From: an uncultured Planctomycetales bacterium
GTDB lineage: Bacteria > Omnitrophota > Gorgyraeia > Zapsychrales > Fredricksoniimonadaceae
Assembly (NCBI GenBank): GCA_964483785.1
Contig: CAZACW010000001.1
Span: forward strand, 50,967 to 114,966
Length of the DNA stretch: 64,000 bases
Reading direction: 5' to 3'
Part shown: positions 60,696 through 64,000 of the stretch, piece after piece
How the letters are laid out: each line of letters opens with the position of its first letter
Position numbering within the stretch: position 1 is the first letter of the stretch
Program-made: the position numbers and the translations under genes
Notes under the pieces: generated by a model
Database searches by the model: none
The model's input: only the letters and a program-made list of their open reading frames with translations
What the model was told of the DNA's origin: nothing

Positions 60696-60930
60696 ATTTT
60701 TTCAGATTTTGAAGCAATTTACCGTCGACAATTGGAGTATAACACATTATATTTAAAAGACCACTTTTGTGCAAATTTATTTAGAGTCATAAGTCCTTAT
60801 ATTTTATAAAGTTATGCTCTTAATGAAAAAATAATAATTTATACTATTCAAATTTGAATTTTTATTTAGATGCAAGTAGAGAAAGGGCTTTCTTGGTTAA
60901 TAGATTGTATTTGTTTGGCTTTTTGAGAGA
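60696..60930. promoter_or_regulatory. AT-rich upstream/promoter region of the giant gene
   Basis: A sharp drop in GC immediately upstream of ATG 60695. It contains a 14-bp perfect palindrome, attcaaatttgaat (~60846-60859). No specific -35/-10 assigned. Confidence 0.3.
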
Positions 60931-61045
60931 ATTTTGTCATTCTAGAGAATTTCGTCATTCTGAGGAGCGTAGCGACGAAGAATCTGTTGTATGTTTTAAG
61001 ATCCTTCGGCTTCGCCTCAGGATGACATCGTCGAAGCCCTCAGAA
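60930..61045. repeat. long imperfect inverted-repeat (stem-loop) element with extra half-site copies
   Basis: gtcattctgagg-agcgtagcgacgaag ... cttcggcttcgcct-caggatgac (60954-61026) forms a ~27-bp imperfect stem with a ~23-nt loop. An upstream half-copy ttttgtcattctagagaattt and a downstream partial arm atcgtcgaagccctcag are also present. The listed ORF 60854..61051 (+) is an artifact of this element. Confidence 0.5.
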
Positions 61046-61155
61046 AGCTAAACAATTACAATAGATTAACGTCAGTTCTACATAATGATAACGCTGTCTT
61101 CGAAAAGCAAGGTCGTGTTCAACGTACCATTTGGCCCTGTCCTCGTGACCTGTTT

Positions 61156-61253
61156 TCAGATTGGAAATTAATTCAGAATGGAAATTAAATCAGATTGGAA
61201 ATTAATTAGACACGAAAAAATTCAGAATGGAAATTAATAATTTCCATTCTGAA
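61156..61253. promoter_or_regulatory. array of four 17-bp direct repeats TCAGA(T/A)TGGAAATTAA(T/A), the last embedded in a 33-bp perfect palindrome; candidate operator sites in the divergent promoter region
   Basis: tcagattggaaattaat / tcagaatggaaattaaa / tcagattggaaattaat ... ttcagaatggaaattaataatttccattctgaa (61221-61253). Located between the giant gene start and the AAA ATPase gene start. Confidence 0.45.
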
Positions 61254-61353
61254 AATTTTAAGATTACTTTGTTTAATATGTGTTAAAATCAATTTGAACA
61301 ATAATTTTACAAAATGATATACATTCTGTAATGTTACTTTACAAAATGAAATT

Positions 61354-62565
61354 ATGTGGTATATTTATTGTATGTCCACCATTGATCAATTGCTTGAATA
61401 TGACCGCCTTGCCAAAAAGGACGGTCAAAAATATGATAAAAAAAGGACTCTTTACGATATAATTACGAAAGATTCCGGAGACCATTTTATCGGCATAGTC
61501 GGCCCCAGAGGGGCTGGAAAAACGATCATTCTTAAGCAATTGGCCCTTGCCCATACCAACTCTTTTTATCTTTCTCTTGATACTCTGGAAGGAAATCTCT
61601 TCGATCTTGTTAAAACCCTGCAAGAAACGCTGCGCATTGAATTGTTCCTTTTGGATGAAGTCCATTTTTATCCTTCCCTTGAGGCTGATCTCAAAAAAAT
61701 CTATGATCTTTTGAAGGTCAAGATCATTTTCACAAGTTCAACAGCTTTAGGCATGTATAAATCGAATTATGATTTATCACGGCGCGTGCTGCTTAAAGCG
61801 CTTTACCCTTTTACATTAAGAGAATACGCGGATTTTAAGTACGATCAAAAGTTTGGCACCTTGGGCCTTAAGGATTTTATTGACGGCAGTTTCCCTCACG
61901 ACATTCTCCGGGTCGGTGAACATTTTATTCCCTATATTCAAGGAGGCCTCATGCCCTTTGCCCTGCGTGAGCCCCAGCCGTTGGTCTTATTAAAAAACAT
62001 CCTTGATACCATTATCCATAAGGACATCCCGCGCATCGCCAGGCTCGTCACCGATGAATTGGATAAAATCGAACAGCTCATCCGCTTTATAGGCCTTTCC
62101 GGAATTGATGGCATCAACTATTCGACCGTGGCGCATAATCTCCATATTTCAAAATATAAAGCCGCGCAATACATTTCGCTTTTAGAAAAAGCCTTTGTTT
62201 TACATCAGGTTTTTCCAAAAGGCAGTAATGTTTTAAAAGAGCCCAAGGTCGTCATGGCCTTGCCCTACCGGCTTTTGTATCGAAATTTTAGCGATGCTTT
62301 GGGAGGTTTAAGGGAAGATTTCTTTGTCGGGACCTTTAAGGCCCTGGGTCAAGAGGTCTTTTATCTTAAATCTTTTCGCGGCAGCAAGACCCCTGATTAC
62401 CTGCTCCAGGACCCGCAGGACATTGTCTTTGAAGTCGGCGGGAAGGGTAAGGGGAAAAGTCAATTTAAAGGCATCGACGTCTGCAAAAAAATCATTCTCT
62501 CCGATGGGTTTGATGTGACAAATACAAAAAAACCGCTGTTTATGCTGGGTTTGCTGGGGTCTTAA
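61354..62565 (+). CDS. AAA family ATPase / ATP-binding protein (AAA_14 + DUF4143 type)
   Basis: 403-aa ORF in the track. Walker A GIVGPRGAGKTIIL and Walker B LFLLDEVH; overall layout typical of the widespread DUF4143 ATPase family. An alternative start MSTIDQ lies at 61372. Confidence 0.85.
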   Translation: MWYIYCMSTIDQLLEYDRLAKKDGQKYDKKRTLYDIITKDSGDHFIGIVGPRGAGKTIILKQLALAHTNSFYLSLDTLEGNLFDLVKTLQETLRIELFLLDEVHFYPSLEADLKKIYDLLKVKIIFTSSTALGMYKSNYDLSRRVLLKALYPFTLREYADFKYDQKFGTLGLKDFIDGSFPHDILRVGEHFIPYIQGGLMPFALREPQPLVLLKNILDTIIHKDIPRIARLVTDELDKIEQLIRFIGLSGIDGINYSTVAHNLHISKYKAAQYISLLEKAFVLHQVFPKGSNVLKEPKVVMALPYRLLYRNFSDALGGLREDFFVGTFKALGQEVFYLKSFRGSKTPDYLLQDPQDIVFEVGGKGKGKSQFKGIDVCKKIILSDGFDVTNTKKPLFMLGLLGS

Positions 62566-62567
62566 AA

Positions 62568-62598
62568 ACCACCGCAACCCCGGGGGTTGTGGTGGTTA
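62568..62598 (+). terminator. palindromic hairpin immediately after the AAA ATPase stop codon (aaccaccgcaacccc/gggggttgtggtggtt)
   Basis: Near-perfect 15-bp inverted repeat starting 3 nt after the TAA at 62563-62565; the U-run is weak (attttt lies ~12 nt downstream). Member of a repeated hairpin family (see 62906-62966). Confidence 0.5.
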
Positions 62599-62653
62599 AT
62601 GCCCGAGATTTTTGATCGGATTTTCCGCATAAAAATTGAGAATTTGGGGGTCT
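62597..62653 (-). pseudogene. orphan 3'-terminal fragment of a TadC-like gene (encodes ...DPQILNFYAENPIKNLGH*)
   Basis: On the minus strand, 62653..62597 translates to DPQILNFYAENPIKNLGH, followed by a stop, with a TGA immediately upstream. The intact TadC-like gene ends ...DFFQNNPIKNLGH*. The same hairpin sequence follows both. Confidence 0.4.
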
Positions 62654-62905
62654 CAATGCGGAAGTCAGGAAATACGTCCTACCATGAAGGTCCGCTGGAT
62701 CTTTTAAATTGCCAATAAAAATGATGTAACTTGCTGAAATATAAAGAACTTCGATTTATTTACTTTTGACCTTGGCGAATAAATCCTGCTCCCCAGCTAT
62801 CGGCAACCGGTAACGTGCAGTTTTCTTGGCGCCTGTTTCTATACTTTTGATCAAACCCTGCTTGGGCAAAGGTCGTTTGGGCCTTAAACCGCAGCTGGTT
62901 TAATG

Positions 62906-62966
62906 CCATCACAACCCCGGAGGTTGTGGTGGTTTAACCATCACAACCCCCGGGGTTGTGATGGTT
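62906..62966 (-). terminator. two tandem copies of the same palindromic hairpin, at and just past the stop codon of the TadC-like gene
   Basis: ccatcacaaccccggaggttgtggtgg (62906-62932) and aaccatcacaacccccggggttgtgatggtt (62936-62966). The second overlaps the TAA (plus tta at 62965-62967). Confidence 0.5.
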
Positions 62967-63876
62967 AATGTCCGAGATTTTTGATGGGATTGTTCTGGAA
63001 GAAGTCCAGAAAGACCGGGCCGGCGACCAGGATGGCCACCACCGGAAAGATGCAGAACAACAGCGGCACCAGCATTTTTAAAGGGGCTTTCAGGGCCATT
63101 TCTTCACCCCGGCGAAAGCGCGCTTCACGCATGTCCTCGGAAAGAATGTTCAAGGCCTCGATCACCGAGGTCCCCATGCGGTCCGCCTGGATCAGGGTGC
63201 GGGAAAAGGTGGACAAATCCGGCAGTTCATAGCGCTTGGCCAAATCCCTGAGCGCGTCGCGCCGGGGCTTGCCCACGTTGATCTCCTGCATCATGTTGCG
63301 CAGCTCCTCAATAATCACCGTGGGGCTCGACTTCTCCACCACATATTTGAGCGCCATCATGAAATCCAGCCCCGCGTTGACGCAAAGGCCCAACAGGTCC
63401 ACGGTGTCCGGCAGATGCTTTAGAATTTCCGACTTGATTTTCTTCACCCTGGACTGCAGCCACATCTCCGGGATCATATAGCCCCCGGCAAAACTCATCA
63501 GCCCCCCAAAAAGCAGGAATTCGCCCTTGGTGTCGACTTTAAAGGCCACCGCCAAAAAGACCACCACCAAAATCTCCTTGACCAGGAAAAACTCCTCGAC
63601 GGTCAGCCTGGACTGGGCCATGCGCAGGTCCCAATAAATGCGCCGTCCGATGGGTGTGGCGGCCAGGGGCTTGTTGATCACCCCCACCTTGCCCAAGACC
63701 ATGAGCACGGCATCCAGCGGGCCTCTGATCCTGCCATCGGCCCTGGGCTTGAGCCCTGACATGGGATCATCCGGGCCCATCTGCAGTTTGGGCCGGTTGT
63801 CCAAAATTTCCACCGGCCAAAACCCCAGGATCAGGGCAAACCCCGCGAAAAACGCCAATAATAAAGGAAGCAGCAT
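62965..63876 (-). CDS. type II secretion system F family protein (Tad/Flp pilus assembly TadB/TadC-like inner-membrane platform protein)
   Basis: 303-aa ORF in the track. It has an N-terminal TM segment, a central soluble region (...GLDFMMALKYVVEKSSPTVIIEELRNMMQEINVGKPRRDALRDLAKRYELPDLSTFSRTLIQADRMGTSVIEALNILSEDMRE...) and C-terminal TM helices. The ATG at 63876..63874 lies 1 nt downstream of the stop (TGA, plus tca 63878-63880) of the upstream ORF (tgaTatg), suggesting translational coupling. Confidence 0.8.
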   Translation of the reverse strand: MLLPLLLAFFAGFALILGFWPVEILDNRPKLQMGPDDPMSGLKPRADGRIRGPLDAVLMVLGKVGVINKPLAATPIGRRIYWDLRMAQSRLTVEEFFLVKEILVVVFLAVAFKVDTKGEFLLFGGLMSFAGGYMIPEMWLQSRVKKIKSEILKHLPDTVDLLGLCVNAGLDFMMALKYVVEKSSPTVIIEELRNMMQEINVGKPRRDALRDLAKRYELPDLSTFSRTLIQADRMGTSVIEALNILSEDMREARFRRGEEMALKAPLKMLVPLLFCIFPVVAILVAGPVFLDFFQNNPIKNLGH

Positions 63877-63877
63877 A

Positions 63878-64000
63878 TCAGGTTTCCTTGAACGTCGAAA
63901 TTTTCCAGATGCTGATGGCGCCGGCCACCCACAAAATCACACAGAGGGTCATCATCTTCTGCCCCGTCGGTGATTTGTACATGGTGTCAAAAAAATGCGG
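63878..64000 (-). CDS. partial ORF (C-terminal 41 codons; possibly a second GspF-family TadB-like protein or another tad-operon membrane protein); runs off the window end
   Basis: The minus-frame translation ends ...MYKSPTGQKMMTLCVILWVAGAISIWKISTFKET*. A hydrophobic C-terminus and the near-abutting stop/start with the downstream gene support a real gene. Identity is uncertain. Confidence 0.3.
   Translation of the reverse strand, partial: PHFFDTMYKSPTGQKMMTLCVILWVAGAISIWKISTFKET

Noticed and set aside
60180-60310. Apparent frameshift near 60300 while reading the N-terminal region
   Set aside because: It was caused by my own mis-copying of one sequence line. Re-reading the printed sequence (…gtaaaggtggtt/ttggtgttga…) gives a continuous frame (DINTKTTFTPKK), consistent with ORF-track coordinates.
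3-60400. Dozens of plus-strand ORFs of 60-220 aa in the track (e.g. 14169..14831, 18696..19346, 16470..17063, 7291..7863, 15765..16322, 28600..29142)
   Set aside because: They lie antisense to the verified minus-strand reading frame and have Arg/Gly/His-rich low-complexity products. They are mirror ORFs of a GC-rich coding strand, not genes.
2857-60774. All minus-strand ORFs listed in the track inside the giant gene region (e.g. 58367..58825, 20810..21178, 52415..52732, 60016..60261, 60523..60774)
   Set aside because: Their start coordinates are all = 1 or 2 mod 3, so they sit in the two non-coding minus frames. Spot translation shows the real frame (= 0 mod 3) alongside them.
60854-61051. 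65-aa plus ORF (…CHSREFRHSEERSDEES…)
   Set aside because: It is produced by reading through the imperfect palindromic repeat element. There is no start context and it is typical of spurious ORFs over inverted repeats.
61120-61260. Possible CRISPR array
   Set aside because: The repeats are 17 bp, directly abutting or separated by irregular short gaps, with no spacers of 25-40 bp and no cas genes. They are better explained as operator sites.
61339-61665. 108-aa minus ORF overlapping the 5' end of the AAA ATPase gene
   Set aside because: It is antisense to a well-supported ATPase gene with intact Walker motifs. It has no independent support.
62600-62900. Small protein genes (20-22 aa ORFs) or a Flp pilin gene in the gap between hairpins
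   Set aside because: Only ORFs of about 20 codons are available, with no RBS and no hydrophobic pilin-like sequence. The stretch is treated as non-coding pending transcript evidence.
1-64000. Alternative genetic code (UGA recoding) as an explanation for the lack of ordinary-size ORFs
   Set aside because: The coding frame is open under the standard code, including TGA, so no recoding is needed. The neighbouring normal genes use TAA/TGA as stops.

Overview
Nearly the whole window (3..60695, minus strand) appears to be one continuous giant ORF of at least 20,231 codons. It starts at an ATG at 60695..60693, with an in-frame TGA 9 nt upstream, and runs off the window start, so the C-terminus is not present. 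The supplied ORF track lists no ORF at all in this minus frame. That is the frame whose codons occupy plus positions 3k, 3k+1, 3k+2; every listed minus ORF is in one of the other two frames. The simplest explanation is that the giant ORF has no in-window stop and was omitted as incomplete. I translated this frame by hand at about 15 points along the region (1-420, 2160-2640, 12360-12420, 18900-18930, 28680-28740, 30000-30550, 32400-32480, 38400-38460, 39720-39790, 50200-52800, 59940-60000, 60180-60695). It was open and protein-like at every one, and the other two minus frames carried stops. All of the many plus-strand ORFs in 1..60 kb look like antisense artifacts of this gene. Reading N to C, the predicted protein has a hydrophobic anchor helix, a peptidase C39-like domain, and two or three TM helices. 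A Gly/Asn/Thr/Ser-rich, beta-rich region of about 3,900 residues follows, with internal repeats. Next come a Gly/Ala-rich glycine-zipper region, helical segments and a divergent SecA-like ATPase region. A complete canonical SecA-like motor follows; its Walker A, DEVD/RTPLIIS, MTGTA-like, helicase-C and scaffold signatures are all present. After a Pro/Ala/Glu-rich linker and an internal hydrophobic segment there are helical tandem repeats, a beta-barrel-like region, an (alpha/alpha)6 glycoside-hydrolase-like region, 285-bp tandem repeats and a polytopic membrane glycosyltransferase-like module. Downstream of the gene start lies an AT-rich intergenic region (60696..61353) with a long imperfect hairpin element and an array of 17-bp direct repeats ending in a palindrome, which look like operators. 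A divergently transcribed AAA ATPase gene of the AAA_14/DUF4143 type follows (61354..62565, plus). Repeated palindromic terminator hairpins flank a roughly 300-nt apparently non-coding stretch that carries a 3'-end fragment of a TadC-like gene. A TadB/TadC (type II secretion system F) gene sits at 62965..63876 on the minus strand, and a partial upstream ORF at 63878..64000 (minus) may be translationally coupled to it. I found no rRNA, tRNA or CRISPR array. All domain calls rest on motif reading by eye, and the sub-feature coordinates are approximate.
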